Shown here: positions 25,840-34,136 of the stretch, piece after piece | Position numbering within the stretch: position 1 is the stretch's first letter | How the letters are laid out: each line of letters starts with the position of its first letter | Source of the DNA: Fimbriiglobus sp. | GTDB lineage: Bacteria > Planctomycetota > Planctomycetia > Gemmatales > Gemmataceae | Reading direction: 5' to 3' | Assembly: GCA_022841795.1 (NCBI GenBank) | Contig: JALHQU010000016.1 | Coordinates: 3,238-67,237 of the forward strand | Length of the DNA: 64,000 nt | Notes under the pieces: model-generated | What the model saw: the letters and a program-made list of their open reading frames with translations, nothing else | Databases searched by the model: none | Told to the model about the DNA's origin: nothing | Translations under genes and position numbers: made by a program

Positions 25840-26105
25840 GGGGTGGTAGCGGTTTTAGAAGCAGTGGCGGGCTTGGTGATGCCGGTCGGCTGCTGTAAGG
25901 CGCAGACTATGAAGAGAAGCCCGCACCCGGCTATCGGTAGGAGTACCGCGAGCAACACGATGAGCATCCCCAACCGCTGCCGTCGCTTGATCTCCTGATC
26001 CGACACGCGGTTGGCCTCAGCCCGACCGACGCGACGGGCAATTGGTGGTTTGGCCGCCGGTTCGGGCGGGACTGGCGGAGGCGGGGGTGGGTCGGACGGG
26101 TTCAC
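25836..26105 (-). CDS. proline-rich tail-anchored small membrane protein (paralog 1 of 3)
   Basis: MNPSDPPPPPPVPPEPAAKPPIARRV, C-terminal TM LLPIAGCGLLFIVCAL. ATGA overlap with the next gene. Confidence 0.5.
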   Translation of the reverse strand: MNPSDPPPPPPVPPEPAAKPPIARRVGRAEANRVSDQEIKRRQRLGMLIVLLAVLLPIAGCGLLFIVCALQQPTGITKPATASKTATTP

Positions 26106-26237
26106 GGGCGTCGCTCCACCGGCGGTGTGACCGCACTATACCGCCGCCCCCGCCGGGCCGCAACCGGGTGGGATTCCAGACGCGGGCGGCGGGACGACGG
26201 GGTAAACTACCCCGGGTGAACTGCCGGAGGGGATGTC

Positions 26238-26525
26238 ATGTCCACCGTCATCGTGAGAGGGGTGGTGCGGAACGGTCGGGTCGAGCTGAGCCGCCCGCTC
26301 GATCTGCCGGACGGGGCGGAGGTGGAGGTCCACGCGCCGGAATCGGATCGGCCGATGACCCCCGAGGAGATCGCCGCCGCCCTCGCGCTCATGGACCAAA
26401 TCGAGCCGGTGGAGTGGACGGATGAGGAGCGGGCGGCGTGGGATGCGGAGCGACAGGCCAAGAAGGAACGGGAGAAGGCGACGTTCTTCGAGCGCGGCGA
26501 GCGCAATCGGAGGATCTGGGAGTGA
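26238..26525 (+). CDS. vapB: VapB-type antitoxin (AbrB/DUF104-like swapped-hairpin N-terminus)
   Basis: MSTVIVRGVVRNGRVELSRPLDLPDGAEVEVHA. Shine-Dalgarno GGAGGGG upstream. 4-bp GTGA overlap with the downstream PIN gene. Confidence 0.7.
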   Translation: MSTVIVRGVVRNGRVELSRPLDLPDGAEVEVHAPESDRPMTPEEIAAALALMDQIEPVEWTDEERAAWDAERQAKKEREKATFFERGERNRRIWE

Positions 26526-26941
26526 CCCGGTATCTCCTCGACAGTGGGATTCTTGGTGACTACATCACCCGGCGAAACGGGGTGTACGAACACGCCCTGG
26601 CTGAAAAGAGGCGAGGCAACCGCATCGGCACGGGGACACCGGTTCTCGGGGAGGTGGTCAGCGGGTTGGAGCGGAGCGCCACCCGCGAGCGGAACATGCA
26701 ACGGCTGCACACCCACCTGCCCAGCCTAACCCTGTGGCCGTTCGACGAGGCAGCGGCATTCGAGTACGGGCGGTTGGAAGCCGAGTTGCTCCGGATCGGC
26801 CGGCCGATGCAGACCATCGACATCGAACTGGCCGCCATCGCATTCGTACTGGGCAACTGCATTGTCGTGACCGTGGACAGCGATCTGTCGGCTGTGCCCG
26901 GTCTGAAGGTAGAAAACTGGCGCATCGCACCTCCCGGCTGA
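26522..26941 (+). CDS. vapC: PIN-domain toxin VapC
   Basis: GTG start overlapping the antitoxin stop. YLLDSGIL N-terminal acidic motif and PIN-like C-terminal VVTVDSDL. Confidence 0.7.
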   Translation: MTRYLLDSGILGDYITRRNGVYEHALAEKRRGNRIGTGTPVLGEVVSGLERSATRERNMQRLHTHLPSLTLWPFDEAAAFEYGRLEAELLRIGRPMQTIDIELAAIAFVLGNCIVVTVDSDLSAVPGLKVENWRIAPPG

Positions 26942-27012
26942 ACCGATCGCCGCTTCCGACGGTCCTGTACAATTCCCGCATCCTCTCGGACCCGGATGGC
27001 ACTGGAGCGCAC

Positions 27013-28524
27013 ATGGCGGAGCTGCCGTACAAGATCGTCGTCGGCCTCGAAGTCCACGTCCAACTGCTGACGAAGACGAAGCTGTTCTGCGGCTGCCTGA
27101 ACAAGTTCGGCCAGCCGCCGAACACGGCCACGTGCCCGGTGTGCCTGGGGCTGCCCGGCTCGCTGCCCGTCATGAACAAGCAGGCGTTCCACCTGGCGCT
27201 GAAGGCGGCGCTGGCCCTGAACTGCCAGATCGCCACGCACGCCGGCTACGCCCCCGGGTTCACCAAGTGGGACCGCAAGAACTACTACTACCCGGACCTG
27301 CCGAAGAACTACCAGATCAGCCAGTACGACCTGCCGTTCAGCCACGACGGGCACCTGGACATCAACGTCCACCCGGACCCGAAGAAGGGGCACACGGCCA
27401 AGCGGGTGGGCATCATCCGCGCGCACCTGGAAGAGGACGCCGGCAAGAACATCCACGACGACTCCGGCCGCGGCGGGGACACCCGCGTGGACCTGAACCG
27501 CACCGGCACCCCGCTGCTGGAGATCGTGAGTCAGCCGGACATGAACAGCCCGGAGGAGGCGATCGCGTACCTGGACGAGCTGCGGCTGATGCTGCGGGAG
27601 CTGAAAGTGTCCGACTGCGAGATGCAGGAGGGCAGCCTGCGGTGCGACGCCAACGTGAACATCCATATCCCGAAGGCGGACGAGCCGAAGGGGTACGCGG
27701 CGACGCCGCTGACGGAGGTGAAGAACCTGAACAGCTTCCGCGGGGTGGGACGGGCGATCGCGTATGAGGCCCAGAGCCAGTACGAGCAGTTCCAGAAGGA
27801 CCCGGCCAACTTCCGCTTCGGCAAGATGCTGAAGACCACCGCCGGGTGGGACGACCACCGCGGCAAGACCATCGTGCAGCGGCGGAAGGAAGAGGCCGCC
27901 GACTACCGCTACTTCCCCGAGCCGGACCTGGTGCCGGTGGTGGTGACGACCAAACAGGTGGCGGCGGTGAAGGCGGACATGGGCGAGCTGCCGCAGGCGC
28001 AGCGGGCGCGGCTGGAGAAGCAATACGGCCTGACCCCCTACGACGCCGACGTGCTGACGGCGAAGGGGCGCACGATGGTGGCGTACTTCGAGGCGGTGGC
28101 GAAGGCGCTGGCCGACGGCAAGGCGGCGGCCAACCGGCTGAGCGACCTGGTGTACCCGGCGCTGACCGAGCGGCACGAGGAGATCGACGCCTTCCCGATG
28201 ACGCCGGCGGCGCTCGCCGACTTCATCAAGGGCACGGCGAGCTTGTCGAAGATGGACCGCACGGCGGTGTTCAACAAGATGCTCGAAACCGGCGGCACGC
28301 TGAAGGAAGCGAAGGACGCGGTCGGCATCAAGGAGGCGGACGCGGGGGCGCTGCGGGCGGCGGTGATCGAAGCCATCGGCAAGAACCCGAAGGCGGTGGC
28401 CGACTTCCGGGCGGGCAAGGAGGCGGCGAAGATGGCGATCGTGGGGGCGGTGATGAAGGCGAACAAGGGCGCGCCGAACGACGTGGTGCGGAAACTGGTG
28501 GACGAGGAGTTGGCGAAGGGGTGA
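27013..28524 (+). CDS. gatB: Asp-tRNA(Asn)/Glu-tRNA(Gln) amidotransferase subunit B
   Basis: Full-length similarity to GatB (KIVVGLEVHVQL, CPVCLGLPGSLP, YFPEPDL). Start trimmed to MAELPYK. Confidence 0.9.
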   Translation: MAELPYKIVVGLEVHVQLLTKTKLFCGCLNKFGQPPNTATCPVCLGLPGSLPVMNKQAFHLALKAALALNCQIATHAGYAPGFTKWDRKNYYYPDLPKNYQISQYDLPFSHDGHLDINVHPDPKKGHTAKRVGIIRAHLEEDAGKNIHDDSGRGGDTRVDLNRTGTPLLEIVSQPDMNSPEEAIAYLDELRLMLRELKVSDCEMQEGSLRCDANVNIHIPKADEPKGYAATPLTEVKNLNSFRGVGRAIAYEAQSQYEQFQKDPANFRFGKMLKTTAGWDDHRGKTIVQRRKEEAADYRYFPEPDLVPVVVTTKQVAAVKADMGELPQAQRARLEKQYGLTPYDADVLTAKGRTMVAYFEAVAKALADGKAAANRLSDLVYPALTERHEEIDAFPMTPAALADFIKGTASLSKMDRTAVFNKMLETGGTLKEAKDAVGIKEADAGALRAAVIEAIGKNPKAVADFRAGKEAAKMAIVGAVMKANKGAPNDVVRKLVDEELAKG

Positions 28525-28566
28525 ACCCGACGTGCGGCATGAGTGTCGGGAGTGCGGAGGTGAACC

Positions 28567-28812
28567 ATGTCCCAACCGACACTCGAAGAGCGCGTTGCTA
28601 CGCTGGAAGCGGCGGTCGCGGAGTTGCAACGCCGCATGCCGGTCCCGCTCTGGCGACAACCACCACAACCAATGACACCCGAGTTGGAACAGGCGGCCAG
28701 GGAAGCGGAGGCTTACGGTCGCTACTACCGCCTGACCGGGAAAGACCCGCCGCCGGACTGGAAGCCCGGAGACCCGATCCCGGAAGCGGATGAGGAGTGG
28801 TGTCCGCGTTGA
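28567..28812 (+). CDS. small hypothetical protein (81 aa)
   Basis: GGAGG Shine-Dalgarno 7 nt upstream. Non-biased composition. No known family. Confidence 0.45.
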   Translation: MSQPTLEERVATLEAAVAELQRRMPVPLWRQPPQPMTPELEQAAREAEAYGRYYRLTGKDPPPDWKPGDPIPEADEEWCPR

Positions 28813-28818
28813 CTCGCC

Positions 28819-29535
28819 TCAAGACGGAAGACTGGACGAAGTAGCCGCCTTCGCCTTCTCCTCGGCCGAGCTGCCCCGCAGGTACAGCGGTTCCAGCCGC
28901 ATCATCTCTTCGACCGTCAGCGGCGGGAGGGTCCGGGCCACGCGGAACACCGCCTCGACGGACGGCTCGACCACCGGCGAGCGGGTGACGTGGACGGGCA
29001 GTTTGTCGGCGAATGTCACCACGCCGGGGCCGGCAACCGAGAGTTCACCCCCCTCCCGGCTCGCTTCGCTCGCCGACCTCCCCCTCAGGGGGGGAGGTGT
29101 GAATTGGGCCACCCACTCGTCGAACCGTTCGATCCGCAACTCGCTCATCGCCGTCCCGTCGGTGAACCGCTGGACGTAGATCGTCCCCTGTAGCGCATCC
29201 CCGATCACGTCCACCGTTCCGGGCACGTCGGCGGCGACGGCCGCAAATGTCGGCACCGCCACCAGCGAACACCCCAGGGCGTAGGCGAGCGTCTTGGCGG
29301 CGGTCAGGCCCACCCGCAGGCCGGTGTAGCTGCCGGGGCCGACCCCGACGGCGATGTGCGTCAGGCTCCGCGGGGTCAGCCCGCACTCACGAATCAGCCG
29401 CTCAACAGTCGGCAGCAGGTGCCGGTTCTGCTGCCGGCCGGCGGGCAGGTCTTCGGCCGCGATCACCGCCCCGCCGACCGCCACCCCGACCCGCGACCGG
29501 CCGGACGTTTCCAGAATCAGCCACGCGCCGCTCAT
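28819..29535 (-). CDS. tsaB: tRNA threonylcarbamoyladenosine biosynthesis protein TsaB (YeaZ)
   Basis: LILETSGRSRVGVAV and GPGSYTGLRVGLTAAKTLAYAL blocks. Carries an in-frame palindromic insert (see findings). Confidence 0.8.
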   Translation of the reverse strand: MSGAWLILETSGRSRVGVAVGGAVIAAEDLPAGRQQNRHLLPTVERLIRECGLTPRSLTHIAVGVGPGSYTGLRVGLTAAKTLAYALGCSLVAVPTFAAVAADVPGTVDVIGDALQGTIYVQRFTDGTAMSELRIERFDEWVAQFTPPPLRGRSASEASREGGELSVAGPGVVTFADKLPVHVTRSPVVEPSVEAVFRVARTLPPLTVEEMMRLEPLYLRGSSAEEKAKAATSSSLPS

Positions 29536-29635
29536 GCGGATGACTTACACCCGCCCCGCCCTGTTGTCTCGTTCCGCCGCCGATACCATAACCAGATGCT
29601 GCCCCGAACGGGAGGGCGGCGGAGACCCGCTTCGC

Positions 29636-32062
29636 ATGAACCGCAACACCGCTTTCAACGCCGCCCTGTTCGTCGTCCTGGCCGTCACCGTCGGCGCCGT
29701 CTGGTGGTGGGTCGAGAAGACCTACTTCCCCAAACCCGAACCGACCCCGGAAGTGCTGAAGCCGACCCGCGAGCAACTGCTGGCCGTCGCCGGCGGCGCC
29801 GTGGCCCCGTCGGACGAGGCAATGAAGCTGCAGTCCCGGTATGTGCCGGAGCAGCCGAAGGCGGAGGCGCCGCCCAAGCCGGTGGAACCGCCGAAGCCCG
29901 TGCCCCCGAAGCCGACCACCCCGGCCGAGCCGTTCCGCCTGATCGCCCTGGGCGGGGACGGGTTCAACAAGCGGGTGCTGCTGAACACCAAGGGGGCGGG
30001 CGTCCAGCAGGTGATCCTGCCGGCGTTCGACCAGGCCAGCCGGCTGGGCCGCGAGGTGAAAGACGAGGCCGGCCACCCCCGCCCGCTCGAACTCATCCCG
30101 GGGTACATCCGCAAGCGGGACAACGCCACCGTCACCAACGACCCCGAGTACCGCAACCTGGTCGCCACCCCGACGGGGCAGGTGGTGGACCCGACCACCG
30201 CCCTGGCGCTGACCGAGCCGTCGTACACCCTGTACCACTACCCGGCCGCCGGCGACCCGGACCGCTGGCCGGAGGACAAGGAGAAGACGCACGAGAAGTT
30301 CCCGTCGCGGGAACTCGGCGACCGCACCTGGAAAGTGGTCGAGGAGGTGCCGGGCACCGAAACGGCCGACGCCAGGGTGGTGTTCGAGACGACGCTCGGC
30401 GAGCCGTACCACCTGAAACTGAAGAAGACGTTCGAGTTGGCCAAGCGGGACTACCACGTCCGCATGAAGCTGGAGATCGTCGGGCAGGACACGCGGTCGA
30501 AGGACGCCCGCACCCGCGCCCCGTTCAAGTACCAGATCGCCGGCGGGCACGGGCTGCCAATCGAGGGCGAGTGGTACACCGGCACGTTCCGCAACGCCCA
30601 GGTGGGATGGAAGACGAAGTCCGGGGCGGGCAAGCGAGACTTCCAGGACGCGGCCACCATCACCGGCCAGCACGGCGGCGAATCGGTCACATCCGGCGGG
30701 TTCGAGTTCACCTACGCGGCCGTGTCCACGCAGTACTTCGCCACCGCCCTGGCCATCGACCCGGACGGCCCGGCCGAGCAGCGGGCGGAGAACGTGTGGG
30801 AGTACGTGCGGGCCACCCGCGAGGCGTCGCCGGGGGTGCCGGAGGACAAGCCGCAGTTGGGCGACATCAGCGTGCGGGCGGTGAGTAAGCCGGTCAACCC
30901 GGACCCCGGGCAGACGGTCGAGCACCGCTACTGGGTGTACGACGGGCCGATCAAGGTGCGGCTGCTCAAGCACCTGGACCAACTGCCGGCCGACCGCCAG
31001 CAGTACGCCGCCGACCCGGCGACGGTGGACCGCTACCTGGACGCGCTCACCCTGTACACGCTCACCGACGCGCCCACCCCGAACGCCCTTGGCACGTTCG
31101 CCGACAAGATCTACTGGACCGACCTGGTGGTGTTCTTCACCAACCTGATGCACGGGGTGCTCGGCTGGCTGCACCGCGTCGTGCCGGTGTGGGGCATCGA
31201 CATCATCCTGCTCACCTTCCTGGTGCGGATGATCCTGCTGGTGCCCAGCCGCCGGCAGCAGGCGTCCATGCTGAAGCTGCAGGACAAGATGGCGGCGCTC
31301 AAGCCGGAGATCGAGAAGCTGACGGAGAAGTACAAGGGCGACCCGCAGCGGATCAACCAGGAGAAGACGCGGCTGATGCTCCAGTCCGGGGTGAACCCGC
31401 TGGCCAGCATGGGCGGGTGCCTGCTCATGTTCGCGCAGATGCCGGTGTTCATGGGCCTGTACTTCTGCCTGCAGGAGTCCGTCTTCTTCCGCCTCGACCG
31501 CTTCCTGTGGGTGGAGAACCTGGCCGCCCCGGACATGATGGTGTGGTGGAGCGAGGCCATCTGGTTCCTGAGCACCCCGGACAGCCTGGGCGGCATGCTG
31601 TACCTGGGGCCGTACCTGAACCTGCTGCCCATCGCCGCCGTCACCCTCATGTTCATCAACATGAAGGTGTCCACCCCGCCGCCGGCGGACGAGCAGCAGG
31701 AGATGCAGCAGAAGACGATGAAGTACATGATGATCTTCATGGGCGTCTTCTTCTACAAGATGGCGGCCGGCATGTGCGTGTACTTCATCGTGTCCACCAC
31801 CTGGGGGCTGATCGAGCGGAAGCTGCTGAAGAAGAAGAAGCCGAACGCCGCCCTCGCGCCGGAGCCGGCCCCGGTACTCATCACCGACCCCGGCCCGGCC
31901 AAACCGGCCGAGCCGAGCGGGTTCATGGGCCGGTTCAAGCAGCGGATGATGGACCGCATGGAGGAGTTGCAGAAGCAGGCCGAGACGCAGCGGCAGATCG
32001 TGAACAACCCGCCCAAGCCGGGCGAAAACGGGAACGGCAAGAAGAAGCGGCGGAAGAAGTGA
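29636..32062 (+). CDS. yidC: membrane protein insertase YidC (long periplasmic domain)
   Basis: N-terminal TM, large periplasmic region, conserved C-terminal TM core MGGCLLMFAQMPVFMGLYF, basic tail. Confidence 0.85.
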   Translation: MNRNTAFNAALFVVLAVTVGAVWWWVEKTYFPKPEPTPEVLKPTREQLLAVAGGAVAPSDEAMKLQSRYVPEQPKAEAPPKPVEPPKPVPPKPTTPAEPFRLIALGGDGFNKRVLLNTKGAGVQQVILPAFDQASRLGREVKDEAGHPRPLELIPGYIRKRDNATVTNDPEYRNLVATPTGQVVDPTTALALTEPSYTLYHYPAAGDPDRWPEDKEKTHEKFPSRELGDRTWKVVEEVPGTETADARVVFETTLGEPYHLKLKKTFELAKRDYHVRMKLEIVGQDTRSKDARTRAPFKYQIAGGHGLPIEGEWYTGTFRNAQVGWKTKSGAGKRDFQDAATITGQHGGESVTSGGFEFTYAAVSTQYFATALAIDPDGPAEQRAENVWEYVRATREASPGVPEDKPQLGDISVRAVSKPVNPDPGQTVEHRYWVYDGPIKVRLLKHLDQLPADRQQYAADPATVDRYLDALTLYTLTDAPTPNALGTFADKIYWTDLVVFFTNLMHGVLGWLHRVVPVWGIDIILLTFLVRMILLVPSRRQQASMLKLQDKMAALKPEIEKLTEKYKGDPQRINQEKTRLMLQSGVNPLASMGGCLLMFAQMPVFMGLYFCLQESVFFRLDRFLWVENLAAPDMMVWWSEAIWFLSTPDSLGGMLYLGPYLNLLPIAAVTLMFINMKVSTPPPADEQQEMQQKTMKYMMIFMGVFFYKMAAGMCVYFIVSTTWGLIERKLLKKKKPNAALAPEPAPVLITDPGPAKPAEPSGFMGRFKQRMMDRMEELQKQAETQRQIVNNPPKPGENGNGKKKRRKK

Positions 32063-32075
32063 CCCGCGGCCGGTG

Positions 32076-32132
32076 TTGGAGTTCACGCTTCAGCGTGACT
32101 GAGCGTGGATCACGCTGAAGCGTGAACTCCAA
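32076..32132. terminator. 23-bp perfect-stem hairpin immediately downstream of yidC
   Basis: TTGGAGTTCACGCTTCAGCGTGA-11 nt-TCACGCTGAAGCGTGAACTCCAA. The stem extends imperfectly further outward. No T-run, consistent with a GC-rich genome. Confidence 0.6.
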
Positions 32133-32347
32133 CCCGGCCGCTATTTTCTCCTGGCCTGTCTGAGCGGACAGCACATCTCTGAGGGCGGGCGGGCGCCGGC
32201 ACCCCCGGCGCTGCCGCCCACCCGGAACACTCGTTAACACCCGTGTCGTGTTTCCCGACCGCGGCGGCGGAACGAGCCGCCGGCCGGTTTCCCCCGCCTT
32301 CTGCGTGGCCTATCCTGCTGCGCCCAATTCGCCCGCGGAGACACCAG

Positions 32348-33346
32348 ATGTCCGAACCCTTGAACCGTCAGACTGCCCTCGCGCTCAACCGCCTGGACGA
32401 CCGCGTGGTGCCGACTGTACTCGACCTGACCACCGCCGGCGCCCACGGCGAACTGGCCGGCGGGCTGTTCACCCAGTACGACGCCCAGCCGACCGGCACC
32501 GGGCAGATCGACTCGTTCCTCCGCATCCAGGGGCGGTCGGCCCAGACCGCCACCCAGACCGGGTTCAACACCTCCGCCCGCCCGCTCCAGTACCAGGAGA
32601 ACAAAAGCCCGCAGTTCACCCGCGACCTGCACTCGTCGGCGGTGCCGGCGGTGACGCTGCCCACCGGCCGGTTCCGCGAGTTCCTGCTGGACGTCAACCA
32701 GAAGGCCAGCCAGCCGCTGCTGTCGCTGGACGAGCTGAAGGTGTTCGTGGCCGACGCCCCCGGGCTGACCGGGTACGACCCGGCCACCGGCAAGCTGGCC
32801 GGGCTGGCCCCGGTGTTCGACCTGGACGCCGGCGGGAACAACAGCGTGCTGCTCAACTACCGGCTGAACCACGGCAGCGGGTCCGGGGACATGCTGTTCC
32901 GCCTGCCGGAGGCGGCGATCGGCGGCGGCGGGTACGTGTACGTGTACAGCAAGTTCGGCGAGACGCACGCCGGCAACGCCGGGTTCCAGGAGTGGGCCAC
33001 CCGCACGTCGCAGACCGGGGCGATCGCCGGCAGCGTGTTCTTCGACGCCGACCGGAGCGGGGTGCGGGACGCCGGCGAGGTCGGGTTCGCCGACCGCACC
33101 GTGTACCTGGACGGGAACAACAACGGGTTCCTGGACGCGGACGAGGTGTTCACCTACACGGACGCCGACGGGTACTACGCGTTCGAACAACTGGCGGTCG
33201 GGGACGACTACGGGTATTCGGTGCGGGTGTCGGACAAGCCGGCCGGCGAGCAGACCACGGCCGACCCGCCGCTCATCTTCCTGGCCCCGGGCGAGTTGCG
33301 GGACCGGGTGGACTTCGGGTTCTACTACGCCCCGCCGGAGAGCTGA
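32348..33346 (+). CDS. extracellular-type protein with SdrD-B/Cna-B-like C-terminal domain and N-terminal LNRLDDRVVP motif (332 aa)
   Basis: C-terminal GSVFFDADRSGVRDAGE...TDADGYYAFEQL (SdrD B-like). No hydrophobic signal peptide. Paralog of 57068..58066. Confidence 0.65.
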   Translation: MSEPLNRQTALALNRLDDRVVPTVLDLTTAGAHGELAGGLFTQYDAQPTGTGQIDSFLRIQGRSAQTATQTGFNTSARPLQYQENKSPQFTRDLHSSAVPAVTLPTGRFREFLLDVNQKASQPLLSLDELKVFVADAPGLTGYDPATGKLAGLAPVFDLDAGGNNSVLLNYRLNHGSGSGDMLFRLPEAAIGGGGYVYVYSKFGETHAGNAGFQEWATRTSQTGAIAGSVFFDADRSGVRDAGEVGFADRTVYLDGNNNGFLDADEVFTYTDADGYYAFEQLAVGDDYGYSVRVSDKPAGEQTTADPPLIFLAPGELRDRVDFGFYYAPPES

Positions 33347-34062
33347 CGCTGCCGGCGGAGCAGGACGACCGCCAGCCCGACGAACGCGGCGGTGCCGCCG
33401 GCCACGACCGCCCCGCCGGCCAGCACCACCCACACCGGCCGGCTCGCGGTCGGGGTGCCGCACCAGTCGCCGAGCACCCCGACCCGCTCCCCGGTGTGAC
33501 AGTCGAGCGTCACCGTCTCGCCCGACTCGGCGGTGAGCGTGACCGTGCCGGCCGCTTCGTCCGGCGGAGTGTGCGTGCCCCACCACGTCGCCTCCGGGTC
33601 GAACCGGGACACGTCGAACAGGTCGGTGACGGTGTGGCTGCGGACCGGCTTGCCGTCGCGGTAGAAGGTGATCGCCGTCGTCACCCGCGCCAGTTCCGGC
33701 ACCGTCCGCCCGTTCCGCTTCAGCGTCCATTCCACCGGGTAGCAGTTCGGCTCCTCGTACTCCACCACCACCAGGGTGCGGCCGTCGTTCAGCGGGTGGA
33801 TGCCTTTGCCCCGGCTGTACCAGTCCACCGTCCACAGCGGGTCGGGGCTGCCGTCGGCGCGGTACAGCCCGGACTGCTTGTACCTGGCGTTCAGTTTCGC
33901 CGCGTCGGATCCTTCTTGCGGTTCGTGCCCGTCCTTCACCAGCATCACCAGCTTGAACTGCCCGTTCGGCGTGTCGACGGCGTAGCTCTCCGGGGCGGAC
34001 ACGCTGGCCCCCGCCCCGCCGCCCAGCCCGACCAGCACCGCCAGGGTGATCGCACTCCGCAT
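33325..34062 (-). CDS. secreted hypothetical protein with C-terminal TM anchor
   Basis: Signal peptide MRSAITLAVLVGLGGGAGASVSA. C-terminal VWVVLAGGAVVAGGTAAFVGLAVVLLRRQRQ. An alternative start at 34095 is possible. Confidence 0.5.
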   Translation of the reverse strand: MRSAITLAVLVGLGGGAGASVSAPESYAVDTPNGQFKLVMLVKDGHEPQEGSDAAKLNARYKQSGLYRADGSPDPLWTVDWYSRGKGIHPLNDGRTLVVVEYEEPNCYPVEWTLKRNGRTVPELARVTTAITFYRDGKPVRSHTVTDLFDVSRFDPEATWWGTHTPPDEAAGTVTLTAESGETVTLDCHTGERVGVLGDWCGTPTASRPVWVVLAGGAVVAGGTAAFVGLAVVLLRRQRQLSGGA

Positions 34063-34136
34063 GACCGCCTCCGGTAACGCCACCGCCCCCGTCATGTCTG
34101 ACGAGGGCGGCTGGGTCGTCGTTTGCCAAACCGAAG

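Noticed and set aside
26560-28668. 702-aa ORF antisense to gatB
   Set aside because: gatB is unambiguous. The antisense translation is Arg-rich.
28567-28812. Treating the 81-aa ORF as a toxin-antitoxin component or leader peptide
   Set aside because: It has no adjacent partner gene in an operon arrangement and no similarity to known TA families. It is kept only as a low-confidence small CDS.
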